Shown one piece after another: positions 36,821 to 48,035 of a DNA stretch of 64,000 nucleotides (positions within the stretch are counted from its first letter, which is position 1; the number at the start of each line of letters is the position of its first letter). Source of the DNA: Candidatus Dojkabacteria bacterium (GTDB lineage Bacteria; Patescibacteriota; Dojkabacteria; B142; WJKM01); contig WJKM01000004.1 of assembly GCA_014729085.1 (NCBI GenBank), forward strand, positions 4,345 to 68,344. The letters run 5' to 3'. The notes beneath the pieces are model-generated. The model was not told the DNA's origin and did not search any database. It saw only the letters and a program-made list of their open reading frames with translations. The position numbers were made by a program, and so were the translations under genes.

Positions 36821-38602
36821 CTAACTTGTCTTGATAATCAACTTTTCTTTGTTGGGAGGGCATATAAATCGTTTATATTTTTCGCAATACGTGTATAAAT
36901 TTGTTTCTGTTTGGGAGTTTTTATGTGAGCTTACATGTATTTCGTTTATTGAATAAGTTTCATCGATAATTAAAGAAATATTTTTATTTGGTATTTGAAA
37001 CTCAATTGCTTCATTTATATGAAATAAATTGAAATAATCATAATTCGATTTAGATAAAAAAATTGAAAGATCTTCTTCCTCTTTTAAATTTTCATTGTTC
37101 TTAATTGTCCTAATCATATAACTTAGTAAATAGTCTTGTGTGATACTTTCTCTCTGATACCAAAACATACTCTCGGAAGCCCTTTCATTATAAAAAAAAT
37201 CAAATAAGTTAAATATATTCGTAATAAAAAACAATGAATATATAATTGTATTCCCTAGTATTTTAAAAATTTTGTAGTTAATTTTAGCCTTATTAATGTA
37301 ATTGGTTAATTCTATGAAACCAATCCCAGTGATCATTGATAATATTGGAAATAAAACTGCTAATCTATGATCACAATTTACACAATTTGTTATTGCACTA
37401 TTAGTAAAAGGTAGTAGCATGGCAAGAAATAGAATTACTTTGTGGGGTAACTTTCCCTTAATTAACATAAATACTGCTCCAATAATAAAAAATATATTTA
37501 AGGGAAAAATCAATAAGGGGTTTTTATGAGTATAATGATAGGATACAGGCTCTTTTACATAACCTAATAAAGATTTTTGATAGTTGGAAAAAGCGGTACT
37601 AATTTTTGTTGATATTTGATAATTTTCATCATTAAAAGTTCTGTAGTACTTATCTGTTTTATTAATTAGGGAAACGCTTTTCGTATGAAAAAGTACATTC
37701 GGTGTAGTAAACAATAGTCTAGGACCAAATCCCACTATAAATAAAATAATACAAATTGTAATCTCAAGGAGTATTCTTTTAATACTTTTAATGTCAATCT
37801 GCTTTAACCTAACAATTAAGAGTAAAAATAAAATGAAAATTAAAGCAAAAATAACTGGCTTAATGGATGCATGGAAATTTAAACAAAATCCAGAGAAAAG
37901 AAATATAAGTCTCATTATCTCTGCCTTTCTTTCTTTTATGTACCAAATTATAAAAAAAATATTTATAGTTGTTAGTATGCTACTGAATACTACAACTATC
38001 TCGGTTCTACCATAATATAGGTGTAAAGGTAAACAAATTAAAACGAAAGCAGAAAAAAAAGCATATTTTCTATTAAAAAAAATTTCAACAAATTTATATA
38101 AAAACAATATGTCAACAAATGAAATCAATGCAGACGCAAATTTGAAAGTAATGGTAGAATTACCAAATATCAAATAAAATAAAGATGAAAAAGTCGGTAT
38201 AATCAAGCCATGAGCCTCATATCTCCCATAGGAAAATATATTTCTTATTTCTCCAGTTACTATTCGCAGTGCATCCCAACCACCATCTCTCATCTCGTCA
38301 CCAATAGAATTAAATGGATATATTCTTAAAAAAATAAATCTAGTAAATAGAGCTAATATGATTATTAGAATGAAATTACTATCAAAAATTTTATTAGCTT
38401 TTATATTATTAACAAATTTACCTTCATTCAAAACAAAATATACAACAAATAAACCTAGTGATATAAGCCATAAGAAGAACACGAGCCAACGATATTTGAA
38501 TCGATAGTCAAACTTAACTATAAGCATGGAGATACACCATAAACTTCCTGCCAAAACTACAAATTTCTGTTTGTTAGAATTAATCAGTTTTAAAATTTCC
38601 AT
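36821..38602 (-). CDS. GT-C glycosyltransferase of the ArnT/PMT (GT83/GT39-like) family
   Basis: Multi-TM N-terminal region with first-loop motif FNSIGDEMRDGGWDALRI (compare ArnT RLDEtRYAE...GDW). C-terminal soluble domain. Confidence 0.55.
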   Translation of the reverse strand: MEILKLINSNKQKFVVLAGSLWCISMLIVKFDYRFKYRWLVFFLWLISLGLFVVYFVLNEGKFVNNIKANKIFDSNFILIIILALFTRFIFLRIYPFNSIGDEMRDGGWDALRIVTGEIRNIFSYGRYEAHGLIIPTFSSLFYLIFGNSTITFKFASALISFVDILFLYKFVEIFFNRKYAFFSAFVLICLPLHLYYGRTEIVVVFSSILTTINIFFIIWYIKERKAEIMRLIFLFSGFCLNFHASIKPVIFALIFILFLLLIVRLKQIDIKSIKRILLEITICIILFIVGFGPRLLFTTPNVLFHTKSVSLINKTDKYYRTFNDENYQISTKISTAFSNYQKSLLGYVKEPVSYHYTHKNPLLIFPLNIFFIIGAVFMLIKGKLPHKVILFLAMLLPFTNSAITNCVNCDHRLAVLFPILSMITGIGFIELTNYINKAKINYKIFKILGNTIIYSLFFITNIFNLFDFFYNERASESMFWYQRESITQDYLLSYMIRTIKNNENLKEEEDLSIFLSKSNYDYFNLFHINEAIEFQIPNKNISLIIDETYSINEIHVSSHKNSQTETNLYTYCEKYKRFICPPNKEKLIIKTS

Positions 38603-39395
38603 TAAAATAATTAAGCATGATAATTGTAAATGAAGTCATAAAGACAGTAATAAAATTAGATACAAATTTGTGTGAATTTCTTAAATTGTTAATTTCCAAT
38701 ATATTATTTGAATAAGTCATTAATAAAAGGTGAATCCAGTTTATTAAAACATATATACAGGATATGACTATTATAAAAAATATAATTCTCATTATCTTTA
38801 GATTTCTATAATAGCTTAAAATCAAAGTAAAGACTGACAGAAGATATATATTAGAAACCCCACTACACCCACTATCTATATTAGTATAAATATTACCTGT
38901 AATTATAATTGTATTAACCAATTCTGTTTTAGGATTAATTAAATGAATTATTTCAAAGATCGAAACAGAATAGAATCTTCTAAACAAGATACCAACTATA
39001 GAATTAGTATAAAAGAGAAGGGGAAGGGATAAGAATAAAAGCAGAGATATTATTAGAATTTGTTCATAGTATTTTTTTTCTACAAATAAGAATAATAGAA
39101 TAGTTATGGAAATAATGAATAAAAATGCAGAAATTATAGATATTTTAAAATAATATAAATTCAATAAATCTAAAATTAAAATTGGAATTAGTATCAGAAA
39201 ATATTTCGAATTCCTAATAGAAGCAATTTTAATATTACCTCTGTTAATTTTAGAAATTAAAAGAAGAATAGTAGCTAAAAATATAACAAATCCATATATA
39301 TTTCTAATATCGGAAAACCAAAATCTACATAACCATATTATTGTATTGAAGAAATATAAACATATCAAAAAGAAAATTATTAGGTATTTCTTCAT
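38580..39395 (-). CDS. putative exosortase/archaeosortase-family membrane protein
   Basis: Eight hydrophobic segments. A candidate catalytic Cys in DSGCSGVSNIYL resembles the exosortase xCSG(I/L) motif. It is followed by RNLKIMRI and a His (INWIHLL). Overlaps the downstream GT-C gene by 23 nt. Confidence 0.35.
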   Translation of the reverse strand: MKKYLIIFFLICLYFFNTIIWLCRFWFSDIRNIYGFVIFLATILLLISKINRGNIKIASIRNSKYFLILIPILILDLLNLYYFKISIISAFLFIISITILLFLFVEKKYYEQILIISLLLFLSLPLLFYTNSIVGILFRRFYSVSIFEIIHLINPKTELVNTIIITGNIYTNIDSGCSGVSNIYLLSVFTLILSYYRNLKIMRIIFFIIVISCIYVLINWIHLLLMTYSNNILEINNLRNSHKFVSNFITVFMTSFTIIMLNYFNGNFKTD

Positions 39396-39483
39396 ATGAA
39401 ATTAATCACATATATCGAAAACATTTTAAAACTCTTTGCAAAATTGTTAGTGTATTTTCAATATCTATATACTATACAAAAAA

Positions 39484-39897
39484 CTAGTTATAAAGTTTAT
39501 AGTAAGTAGAGGGAAAAAGATTTGCAGGTTTCGCTCCTTCATTCAATTTTCTTTCTAGCCACTGAACCTGTTCTACAGGATCGCAGTAATCATCTAACTT
39601 ATGAAATCCTTCATGAACCTGGAAAATACCTCGATATTTATAATAATATGATGTATTGTTTAAACCAGACTCAGCTTTTGCTAATGCTACAAAGTTTAAA
39701 TCCATAGTCTTTGTTTGATTTATAATTGCTGCAACCTCATCAGGTGGCATATAGGGAGTTCTGCAATGAGGATCCTCATATACGATTTCTTCCTCAACTA
39801 TCTTCTCAGATACATCATTATTAAAATTCTCTGTTATATAAGCTCCTCCAAACGATAAACTGGTCGAAAGTACAATCGATGATATGATTTTGAACAT
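39484..39897 (-). CDS. small secreted lytic-transglycosylase (SLT)-like protein
   Basis: Signal peptide. ALAKAESGLN...YRGIFQV resembles the SLT catalytic Glu-Ser and GLMQV motifs. Confidence 0.5.
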   Translation of the reverse strand: MFKIISSIVLSTSLSFGGAYITENFNNDVSEKIVEEEIVYEDPHCRTPYMPPDEVAAIINQTKTMDLNFVALAKAESGLNNTSYYYKYRGIFQVHEGFHKLDDYCDPVEQVQWLERKLNEGAKPANLFPSTYYKLYN

Positions 39898-40069
39898 TTG
39901 ATGTTCAATTTAGATTTTAATTGCCCTTCTTATATCAATAAGTCACTTTTCTTTGGGCAACAAATAATACTATAAATAACAAAAAATTTAAATAGTAGGA
40001 ATTTTGAAACTATAAGTTGATTTGTAGGTTTCTTATGGTATAATCAACTTATATTTCAGCATTATTATT

Positions 40070-41344
40070 ATGAAAAGAAATATTATAACTGTTTCATTCA
40101 CAATCCTTTCTATTTTACTGGTTTTCTGGATTGTAACAGAAAGTACAGCAGCTAATCCGGGAAATAATTGCTGTGGAGAAGCAGATTATGGAAGTTGTAC
40201 AACAGATGGCGATTGGATAGATGGCTATATTGCTTGTTCGAACGGACAATGCAGTAAATGTGCTGGAGCTTCATGGCATTCATGTAATTATGATGGAAAC
40301 TGTGGACCAGGAGAAGATCATGTAGTATGTCCAAATGACTGTGATCAGTACGGAAGAAGTACTGGCTCAAGTAGTACCGATAATTATACTAATTCCGGAA
40401 GCAATCAATGTTCGTGCGCTGATTGGAATTATAATGGTTGTGGTCGAGGTTGTACATTCCCTGGAGGTAAAGACTGTTCGGGAACTGCAAAAGCTAATCC
40501 TGGACGAGTAGTAGTACAGTGGTGTTCAAGTGTAAATAACGCTACATGTAGAGTCGATCCTCCATCAGGTTGTAACTGTATTGTAGGGAACAACTCGGGC
40601 ATGAATATAGGAGACTGCGGAACCTGTGGAAATAAAGCCTGGAGATGGAATCCGGAACAAACACCGCCCCCTTCACAGCCTACTCCTGTGCCTACTCAGC
40701 CAACTTTACCGCCGCCACCATTACCTGGCTGTCCATGTGTAAGAACTTATACAAATCCAAGTGAATCGCCATATTATAACCCTCAGACTAAACAAACTTT
40801 TCCTGATGTTCCTATATCACATCAGTATTTTGAATATATTCAATGCCTTGAATGTGATAACGTAGTTCATGGATACAGCAATTGGACTTTCAAACCGGAG
40901 CAACCAATTACTAGAGCTGAAATGGCTAAAATAATCGAAAACGGCTTTCGAATACCTGAAAATCTTGGATGCACACCTTTTAGAGATGTTCATTATGGTA
41001 CAGTTTTTTATCATTACATTACGACTCTTAAATGCTGGGGAATCTCAAACGGATATTCTGATGGTACATATAGACCTCAATATTATATTACAAGAGCTGA
41101 AGCTGTTAAACTTATTGTTCTGGCAGCAAGACGTGCTAAAGCTGATCCCAATTTTTTAGCAAACCGAGCAAATCATCAAGTTTTTTATGATGTACCAACA
41201 AATCATGTACATTTCCAATACATTAATGCTCTTTACTCAAATAATGTAAGAGATCCTAACTATAGTCAGTACTTTAGGCCAGAAAACTATATAACAAGAG
41301 CCGAAATGTCTCTATATGTTGATATCGCAAGGAGATATATGTAA
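40070..41344 (+). CDS. secreted Cys-rich protein with Pro-rich linker and three C-terminal SLH domains
   Basis: Signal peptide. 30 Cys in the first 200 aa (CCGEADYGSC...CSKCAGASWHSC...), then TPPPSQPTPVPTQPTLPPPPLPGCPC, then three SLH repeats (FPDV.../FRDV.../FYDV...ITRAE). Local GC is clearly above the window average. Confidence 0.7.
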   Translation: MKRNIITVSFTILSILLVFWIVTESTAANPGNNCCGEADYGSCTTDGDWIDGYIACSNGQCSKCAGASWHSCNYDGNCGPGEDHVVCPNDCDQYGRSTGSSSTDNYTNSGSNQCSCADWNYNGCGRGCTFPGGKDCSGTAKANPGRVVVQWCSSVNNATCRVDPPSGCNCIVGNNSGMNIGDCGTCGNKAWRWNPEQTPPPSQPTPVPTQPTLPPPPLPGCPCVRTYTNPSESPYYNPQTKQTFPDVPISHQYFEYIQCLECDNVVHGYSNWTFKPEQPITRAEMAKIIENGFRIPENLGCTPFRDVHYGTVFYHYITTLKCWGISNGYSDGTYRPQYYITRAEAVKLIVLAARRAKADPNFLANRANHQVFYDVPTNHVHFQYINALYSNNVRDPNYSQYFRPENYITRAEMSLYVDIARRYM

Positions 41345-41473
41345 TCATTCCTCCTTACTCCTCTTTTTGACACAACTAATAATTTTGTATTCTGTATAAA
41401 TCTGGTATAAAATAATTCTGAGTCAAATTTTAAACAAATGTTTAAAATTGAATCGACAATACATTTTAACTAA

Positions 41474-41884
41474 ATGACTATGCCTAACCTCCTTAAAATA
41501 CTCGTAACCTCTTCAATAACTTTACTGGTAGCCTTGGTATGGCATTCTCCGTTTGTTTTTGGGAAAGTATGGTTGAGAGTTTCCCATCTTTTATCAAAGA
41601 AAGTAGCTGAAAAAAAGGAAAGTTTATATAGACTATACTTATACACTTATCTTTCTGGACTCATTACCACATATGTTTTAGCAAAATTTATTACTGTTCT
41701 TAAAATTCAAACTTTTATACCTGGTATGCTGACAGGTTACTGGATGTGGGTGGGTTTCGTTGCTGCAACTACTCTGCCTGATTATCTTTTCGAAAAACGT
41801 CCCTTAGAGTTATTCTTGATTAATGTTGGGAGAGATTTAGTCAGTATGCTTTTAATGGGTGGAATACTTGCTGTATGGCTTTAA
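41474..41884 (+). CDS. DUF1761-like small membrane protein
   Basis: Four hydrophobic segments. WHSPFVFGKVW resembles the DUF1761 N-terminal motif. Confidence 0.4.
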   Translation: MTMPNLLKILVTSSITLLVALVWHSPFVFGKVWLRVSHLLSKKVAEKKESLYRLYLYTYLSGLITTYVLAKFITVLKIQTFIPGMLTGYWMWVGFVAATTLPDYLFEKRPLELFLINVGRDLVSMLLMGGILAVWL

Positions 41885-42065
41885 AATTTATAGTTGTAAT
41901 TCCATAAAGGCTTCAAAATATTCTTCTAGTTCTTTATTCTTAACTTTTTCTAAATCAAACTTTATTATATTTCCTACATCATGCAAAAGGCAGATCTGGA
42001 TCAAAATATCTTGATCTATTTCTTCACCCAATCAATTACAATTGAATTTTTATACAAATTTAATG

Positions 42066-42731
42066 CTAGTTCTCTTCAATAATCACATCCTCTATTACCA
42101 CATCCTCAATCGGTTTGTCTAAAGCACCAGTTTCAACCTTTCCAATTTCTTCCACTACATCCATACCTTCTACAACTTTTCCAAAAACAGCATGCTTGCT
42201 TGTAGATGGCTCCTTATCATAGTCAAGTTGCGTATTATCAACTAAGTTAATAAAAAACTGGCTTCCATTTGTATCGGGACCTGAATTAGCCATAGAGATA
42301 GTACCTTTCAAATTAGACAATTCCTTATGAAATTCATCTGGGAACTGGTAGCCTGGGCCTCCCATCCCTGTTCCTTCTGGGTCTCCACCTTGTATCATAA
42401 ATTGATCAATGACTCTATGGAAAAGGATTCCATCGAAATAATCTTCTTTTGCAAGAATTATAAAATTACTAACTGTCATCGGAACCTTATCTGCAAAAAA
42501 TTCTATTTTGAAATCACCCATGTTTGTTTTAATAATTGCAAAATAATTCTTACCTTCTTCAGTTATATTTTCAAATGGAAATTCCTCTTCTGGAGGAGAT
42601 TCGATTTGTTGTATATCCTGAGTTACGTCTGAGTCATCTGAATCGTCTACTTTTTCTATAGTACATCCAGTTGTTAATAATGCGAACATAAAAATAACTA
42701 TAAGAAATAAAAAAGTCTTAAAAAATTTCAT
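42066..42731 (-). CDS. cyclophilin-type peptidyl-prolyl cis-trans isomerase, lipoprotein
   Basis: Lipobox LLTTGC, an acidic linker, then a cyclophilin core with FHRVIDQFMIQGGDP and GTGMGGPGYQFPDEF. Confidence 0.85.
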   Translation of the reverse strand: MKFFKTFLFLIVIFMFALLTTGCTIEKVDDSDDSDVTQDIQQIESPPEEEFPFENITEEGKNYFAIIKTNMGDFKIEFFADKVPMTVSNFIILAKEDYFDGILFHRVIDQFMIQGGDPEGTGMGGPGYQFPDEFHKELSNLKGTISMANSGPDTNGSQFFINLVDNTQLDYDKEPSTSKHAVFGKVVEGMDVVEEIGKVETGALDKPIEDVVIEDVIIEEN

Positions 42732-42843
42732 GCTTTTAGATTAATATATAATTTAAAACCAAGAGAAAACTATGTATTTTAACAATTTTTTACTTATAAA
42801 AAAACTTGATTTTTATATAATAAATATTTATACTCTATCAGTA

Positions 42844-43212
42844 ATGAATACTATTAAGGAACGAAACACAATTCAAAAAAAACTAATAATAGATTTCTTA
42901 TCAAATACGAAATCACATCCAACTGCTTATGAGATATATGACGAAGTTAAGAAAAAAATTCCCAATGTAAGTAAAGGAACCATATATAGAAATCTAAAAA
43001 AATTAAAAAAGGAGTCTAAGGTCAAGGAAATTTATTGGGATGTCGCTCATTTTGATGGCAATACTGACCCCCATGGTCATTTCATTTGTTCAAAATGCGA
43101 TCAAATTAGAGATATAGAAGATATTCAGGTAAATTTGCGAAAACTTGAACATTATGGAAAAATTGATAGCTTTGATATATACATTTATGGAATTTGTAAC
43201 GATTGTATATAA
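42844..43212 (+). CDS. fur: Fur-family metalloregulator (Fur/PerR/Zur)
   Basis: Winged HTH (PTAYEIYDEVKKKIPNVSKGTIYRNLKKL), HGHFIC, and C-terminal CxxC pairs (CSKCD...CNDC). ATG at 42844 is preferred over the upstream ORF start at 42772. Confidence 0.7.
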   Translation: MNTIKERNTIQKKLIIDFLSNTKSHPTAYEIYDEVKKKIPNVSKGTIYRNLKKLKKESKVKEIYWDVAHFDGNTDPHGHFICSKCDQIRDIEDIQVNLRKLEHYGKIDSFDIYIYGICNDCI

Positions 43213-43291
43213 TAACGTTATTTAATTCTGAAATAACAATACTATTTAATTGCATTATTAACTATTTTTTTTATTTATTATTGTAAACACA

Positions 43292-45541
43292 ATGTCATCT
43301 TTTAAAAAGGGTAAATGGACAGAAGAAATTGATGTCCGAAATTTTATTCAACAAAATTACAAACCATACAATGGAGACGAAACCTTCCTTTCAGAAGCAA
43401 CCGAAAGAACTAAGGAAATTTGGGAGAAGCTTCGGGAACTAATGAAAAAAGAAGTAGAAAAGGGAATCCTGGATCTAGACGTAGAAACACCTTCCTCTAT
43501 CACAAGTCATGAACCAGGTTATATAGATGAAGATAACGAAATTATTGTTGGCCTTCAAACCGATGAACCGCTAAAAAGAGCAATTAAACCAAATGGCGGA
43601 ATTCGACTTGTGGAAAAAGCTGCCGAAGCATATGGATATTCAATTCCTAAGGAAGTATCGGAAATCTTTTACAAATATAGAAGAACTCATAATGACGGTG
43701 TTTTTTCTGCATATACGTCTGAACATAGAATGCTTAGAAGCAAACATATTATAACTGGACTTCCAGATAATTATGGTAGAGGAAGAATAATTGGTGATTA
43801 CAGAAGAATTTCATTATATGGGACAGAAAGGCTAATTGAAGATAAAAAAGATCAATTGGAAGCACTCACGGATGAAATGAATCAAGAAACAATTCGACTA
43901 CGAGAAGAAATATTTGATCAAATAAAAGCCCTGAAGGAAATGACTCAAATGGCAGAGTCTTATGGATTCGATATAACCAAACCAGCAGCAGACTCTAAAG
44001 AAGCCATACAATGGCTTTATTTTGCATATTTGGCCGCAGTCAAGGAACAAGACGGGGCTGCTATGTCTTTTGGTAGAGTAGATGCCTTTCTAGACATCTT
44101 TTTCGAAAAAGACTTAGATTCAGGAAAATATACAGAAGATCAAATCCAGGAAATGATAGATGATTTTGTAATTAAACTTAGAATTGTACGCCATCTAAGA
44201 CCTCCTCAATACAATCAATTATTTGCAGGAGATCCTACTTGGGTAACTCTTGTTCTTGGAGGAACAGGTATTAATGGTCGAAACATGGTGACGAAAACGT
44301 CTTATCGACTTCTAAATACTCTAAGCAATCTTGGACCGGCACCAGAACCTAACCTTACTGTACTATGGGGTAAAACATTGCCTGAAAGTTGGAAAAATTA
44401 TTGTTCTAGACAATCAGTACTTTCAAGCTCAATACAATATGAAAATGATGATTTAATGAAACAGTATTATGGAGATGATTATGGAATTGCATGCTGTGTT
44501 TCTGGGATGGCAATTGGTAAACAAATGCAATTTTTCGGAGCACGAGCTAATCTTGCCAAGGCCCTGCTTCTAGCAATAAATGGAGGTAAAGAAGAACCGA
44601 TTACTCATGAGTGTGAATGTAAAGGAGAAGGCGGAGATGCCATTATTCCTGGTCTTAAATCCTATAATAAAGACGAATATTTAGATTACGAAAAAGTATG
44701 GCCACAGTTTGTAAAAGTTATGGATTGGCTTGCAGAAAGATATGTGAATATGATGAACACAATTCACTTCATGCACGACAAATACCACTATGAAGCAAGT
44801 CAAATGGCACTTCATGATAGAGATGTACATAGATTTATGGCTTTTGGTGTCGCTGGACTTTCTGTAGTTGCTGATGCCTTATCTGCAATTAAATATGCAA
44901 AAGTTAAGCCAATCCTAAATGATAAAGGTGTAGCACAGAACTATGAAATCGAGGGAGATTTCCCATGCTTCGGAAACGATGATGATAGAGTAGATCAAAT
45001 TGCAAAAGATGTAACTCATGAATTCATTAAAGCATTGAGAAAATATCCAACATATCGAAATGCTGAACATACTTTATCAATCCTAACTATTACTTCTAAT
45101 GTCGTTTATGGTGATGGGACAGGTGCTACTCCAGATGGAAGAAAGTCCGGGGTTGCTTTTGCACCTGGTGCAAATCCAATGCATGGAAGAGATAAGAATG
45201 GAGCTGTAGCTTCTCTAAATTCAGTTGCTAAACTCTCTTACGATGATTGCCAAGATGGAATTTCAAATACATTCTCAATTGTTCCAAGTTCTCTTGGTAA
45301 AGACATAGAAGAACAGGTACAAAATCTGACTCAAATGATGGATGGATATTTTGTTGGAAAAGGAGCCCATCATCTCAATGTTAATGTTTTAAATAAAGAA
45401 ACATTACTCGATGCACAAAAGCATCCTGAAAAGTATCCACAACTTACAATAAGAGTCAGCGGATATGCTGTGAATTTCGTGAAATTAAGTAAGAAACAAC
45501 AAGATGAGGTTATATCAAGAACATTCCATGAAACAATCTAA
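43292..45541 (+). CDS. pflB: pyruvate formate-lyase (formate C-acetyltransferase), glycyl radical enzyme
   Basis: Active-site [10 protein letters not shown]-terminal glycyl radical motif RVSGYAVNF, 749 aa. Confidence 0.9.
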   Translation: MSSFKKGKWTEEIDVRNFIQQNYKPYNGDETFLSEATERTKEIWEKLRELMKKEVEKGILDLDVETPSSITSHEPGYIDEDNEIIVGLQTDEPLKRAIKPNGGIRLVEKAAEAYGYSIPKEVSEIFYKYRRTHNDGVFSAYTSEHRMLRSKHIITGLPDNYGRGRIIGDYRRISLYGTERLIEDKKDQLEALTDEMNQETIRLREEIFDQIKALKEMTQMAESYGFDITKPAADSKEAIQWLYFAYLAAVKEQDGAAMSFGRVDAFLDIFFEKDLDSGKYTEDQIQEMIDDFVIKLRIVRHLRPPQYNQLFAGDPTWVTLVLGGTGINGRNMVTKTSYRLLNTLSNLGPAPEPNLTVLWGKTLPESWKNYCSRQSVLSSSIQYENDDLMKQYYGDDYGIACCVSGMAIGKQMQFFGARANLAKALLLAINGGKEEPITHECECKGEGGDAIIPGLKSYNKDEYLDYEKVWPQFVKVMDWLAERYVNMMNTIHFMHDKYHYEASQMALHDRDVHRFMAFGVAGLSVVADALSAIKYAKVKPILNDKGVAQNYEIEGDFPCFGNDDDRVDQIAKDVTHEFIKALRKYPTYRNAEHTLSILTITSNVVYGDGTGATPDGRKSGVAFAPGANPMHGRDKNGAVASLNSVAKLSYDDCQDGISNTFSIVPSSLGKDIEEQVQNLTQMMDGYFVGKGAHHLNVNVLNKETLLDAQKHPEKYPQLTIRVSGYAVNFVKLSKKQQDEVISRTFHETI

Positions 45542-45571
45542 ATTTTAATGGAATTTTCATTTTAAATTTAA

Positions 45572-45598
45572 ACGACGGGAGTAACTCCCGTCGTTTTT
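45572..45598 (+). terminator. rho-independent terminator after pflB
   Basis: ACGACGGGAG-taa-CTCCCGTCGT followed by TTTT. Confidence 0.8.
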
Positions 45599-45896
45599 AC
45601 TTATTAATTCAAAACAAATTACTCTTCTATTATTATAAAAAGAAAAGAATTTGCCTTAAAAAACTAGCTAACTTTCTTAATAAATTAGGTTTAGAATAAC
45701 AACTTTCATTTTCCCATAATTTATCCATTCCCATATAAATTAAATTACAATTTAATTTGGGCAGGTGTTAGTATAAAATTATCAAATAAAACAACAATAT
45801 TTTTAAAAAAATAATTTATTTCAATTATAAATATTTCAAATACAAAATTCATTGTATTCCAATACAAATCAAAAATCTTTATTGTATAATAACGCC

Positions 45897-46703
45897 ATGG
45901 GAAATCAAAAAGAAAGAACAACAACTGGATATGTACACTCAATTGAAACATTTGCAGCTTTAGATGGACCCGGATTAAGAACGGTTATTTTTATCCAAGG
46001 TTGCCCCTTAAAATGTAAATTCTGCCATAATATAGATTGTGCCTTAAAAGAAAAAAAGGGGGATTATATTTCAGCTAAAAATTTAGTTAAAAAAATCCTT
46101 AAAAATAAGCCTTATTGGGAATCGTGCAATGTTTCCGACCGTAAATGCAGAGGTGGTGTAACATTAAGTGGAGGTGATCCTGTTTTTCAGCCTAAATTCA
46201 CATTGGATATTTTAAAAGAATTGAAGAAACATCAAATACATACTGCAGTTGATACCTCTCTTTACACTTCTCATAAAACAATTGATTCTTGGCTTCCTTT
46301 TGTAGACCTTTGGATGGTTTCTCTTAAACATATGAATTCTGCTAAACATAGAGAACTAACATCCGTTGATAATAAAAGAATACTTGAAAATATTGTTTAT
46401 CTGGATTCCAAACTATCAGATATTCCTAATAAAAACAAAGATACTCAAAAATTAAGAATTCGGTTCTTAGTAATTCCGACTATTACAGATGATCCCGAAC
46501 ATATCAGACAGGTAGGAAAATTTGTATCAAAAATTCAAAATTTAGAAGTACTTGAAATCTTAAAATATGGTTCACATGGAAAGCACAAGTGGATAGAAAT
46601 TTTTGGTAAGTACGAACTAGAAGGTGTACCCGAAGCAGAAGACAAAGATATTGAAAGAGCTTTAAAAATACTTGAGAATTATAAACTCCCGATAAAAAAA
46701 TAA
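45897..46703 (+). CDS. pflA: pyruvate formate-lyase activating enzyme (radical SAM)
   Basis: GYVHSIETFAALDGPGLRTVIFIQGCPLKCKFCHN (CxxxCxxC). ATG at 45897 sits directly after a TATAAT box. The ORF-track start at 45852 is a TTG upstream of that box. Confidence 0.85.
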   Translation: MGNQKERTTTGYVHSIETFAALDGPGLRTVIFIQGCPLKCKFCHNIDCALKEKKGDYISAKNLVKKILKNKPYWESCNVSDRKCRGGVTLSGGDPVFQPKFTLDILKELKKHQIHTAVDTSLYTSHKTIDSWLPFVDLWMVSLKHMNSAKHRELTSVDNKRILENIVYLDSKLSDIPNKNKDTQKLRIRFLVIPTITDDPEHIRQVGKFVSKIQNLEVLEILKYGSHGKHKWIEIFGKYELEGVPEAEDKDIERALKILENYKLPIKK

Positions 46704-46838
46704 GTATTCCTTCCTTTACTTATCTTCCGTAATTATTCGGTTGTCTTTATCTAAGTAAGTTGTTATTATTTCTCAATTTTTATAAACTTTAGATGCAAAT
46801 CCACATTATTACGTTTATTTGGCTTAATCTTTTTATTA

Positions 46839-46868
46839 AAAGAGTCCCCCAGGGACTCTTTTTTTTTA
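46839..46868 (+). terminator. rho-independent terminator after pflA
   Basis: AAGAGTCCC-cca-GGGACTCTT followed by nine T. Confidence 0.75.
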
Positions 46869-46887
46869 TTCTTATTATTTATCAATA

Positions 46888-47256
46888 ATGCATGTAGAGC
46901 AATTTTTACAAGAAAGTGAAAAAACTTTAGCTTCACCATTAAACTTTAAAAGAGACGATTTTCAACTTACACTTTTATATGGAGCTACAAGAATTGCTGT
47001 TGAAGGGAGTGAAATACTAGATCATATACATAATTCTGTATTTCGTGAATCAGACATAGATAAAGCGCATTTAGAAGAAGAATTAGGTGATTTGATGTAT
47101 GCAGTTGGAATAATCTTAAGAAGTCTGGATTTTGATCTAGAAACAATAATGGATAAACAAATACAAAAAAACGAATTGATATTTGGAGATGAAGGATATA
47201 ATGCTGATCTTTGGAGATCACGTGATAAAAAAAGCGAAAGCGAGATATTTAGTTAA
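46888..47256 (+). CDS. MazG-like nucleotide pyrophosphohydrolase (small all-alpha NTP-PPase)
   Basis: EELGDLMYAVGIILRSLDFDLE matches the MazG EExxE/D metal-binding helix. Confidence 0.5.
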   Translation: MHVEQFLQESEKTLASPLNFKRDDFQLTLLYGATRIAVEGSEILDHIHNSVFRESDIDKAHLEEELGDLMYAVGIILRSLDFDLETIMDKQIQKNELIFGDEGYNADLWRSRDKKSESEIFS

Positions 47257-47725
47257 CTAATATCGATTCTTCTATAGAATTTTCAATCATCTGTACTTCT
47301 TTTGAAATTTGTTTTTTAATCAAAAACCTAATTGGAGAATAAAAAATTAATGTCGAAACCATCTTACTCAAAAAATGACTATTAGGATCATTAAAAACAA
47401 CTAATTTAAGCGATACCTTCTCTTTGTTTTGCTGTAAAACAAATTTACCCATTATATTTAGATAAGAAAATGGTTTAATAAGTTTGAAAGTGAAAGATTT
47501 ATTGGCTTTGGTTTTCGTTGTTATAAATCGTAATCGTAGAAATATAAGTAAAAATTTTTCCCTTGTTTCAAAAATCGCACCTTCTTCAATAATTTTCCCT
47601 TTAACAGGAATTATCCCTTTATGAGAGTCCATTTTATAGATGTCTGGATTTGTACTGACCTTGTAAAAATAGTCAATAATAGTTTCGATATTTGAATCAA
47701 CAAAGGTTTCAGAAAAAATTTTCAT
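47249..47725 (-). CDS. hypothetical protein (possibly SRPBCC/START-like)
   Basis: 158 aa with no decisive motif. Confidence 0.35.
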   Translation of the reverse strand: MKIFSETFVDSNIETIIDYFYKVSTNPDIYKMDSHKGIIPVKGKIIEEGAIFETREKFLLIFLRLRFITTKTKANKSFTFKLIKPFSYLNIMGKFVLQQNKEKVSLKLVVFNDPNSHFLSKMVSTLIFYSPIRFLIKKQISKEVQMIENSIEESILVN

Positions 47726-48030
47726 CTATAAATTTTGACAAGAGCAAGAGTAGAAAACAAAATAATCAATACAGTGACTATTTGAAAAAAATCACGTCTT
47801 AGTAAATTATATAATTTCTTGAATCTTATCTCTCCTTCATTCTGGTCTATCCTAAAAAACCAAATAAACATTAAGTAAAACGAAAAAATTATCCAACACT
47901 CAAAAGCCCAAAGCCTTCTACTCAACATGTCATTACTTCTAGGAGTCATTAAAAAATAATAGAAAGCATAAACAAAACTTGATAAATAAGTAAAATGGAT
48001 AAATTTTTTAAAGAAATTTTTATTAAACAT
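47722..48030 (-). CDS. hypothetical small membrane protein
   Basis: 102 aa, three hydrophobic segments. Overlaps its neighbour by 4 nt. Confidence 0.35.
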   Translation of the reverse strand: MFNKNFFKKFIHFTYLSSFVYAFYYFLMTPRSNDMLSRRLWAFECWIIFSFYLMFIWFFRIDQNEGEIRFKKLYNLLRRDFFQIVTVLIILFSTLALVKIYR

Positions 48031-48035
48031 AATGT

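Noticed and set aside
45852-45896. Upstream TTG start for pflA
   Set aside because: The ATG at 45897 follows a TATAAT box and gives the canonical PflA N-terminus. The TTG lies upstream of the likely -10 element.
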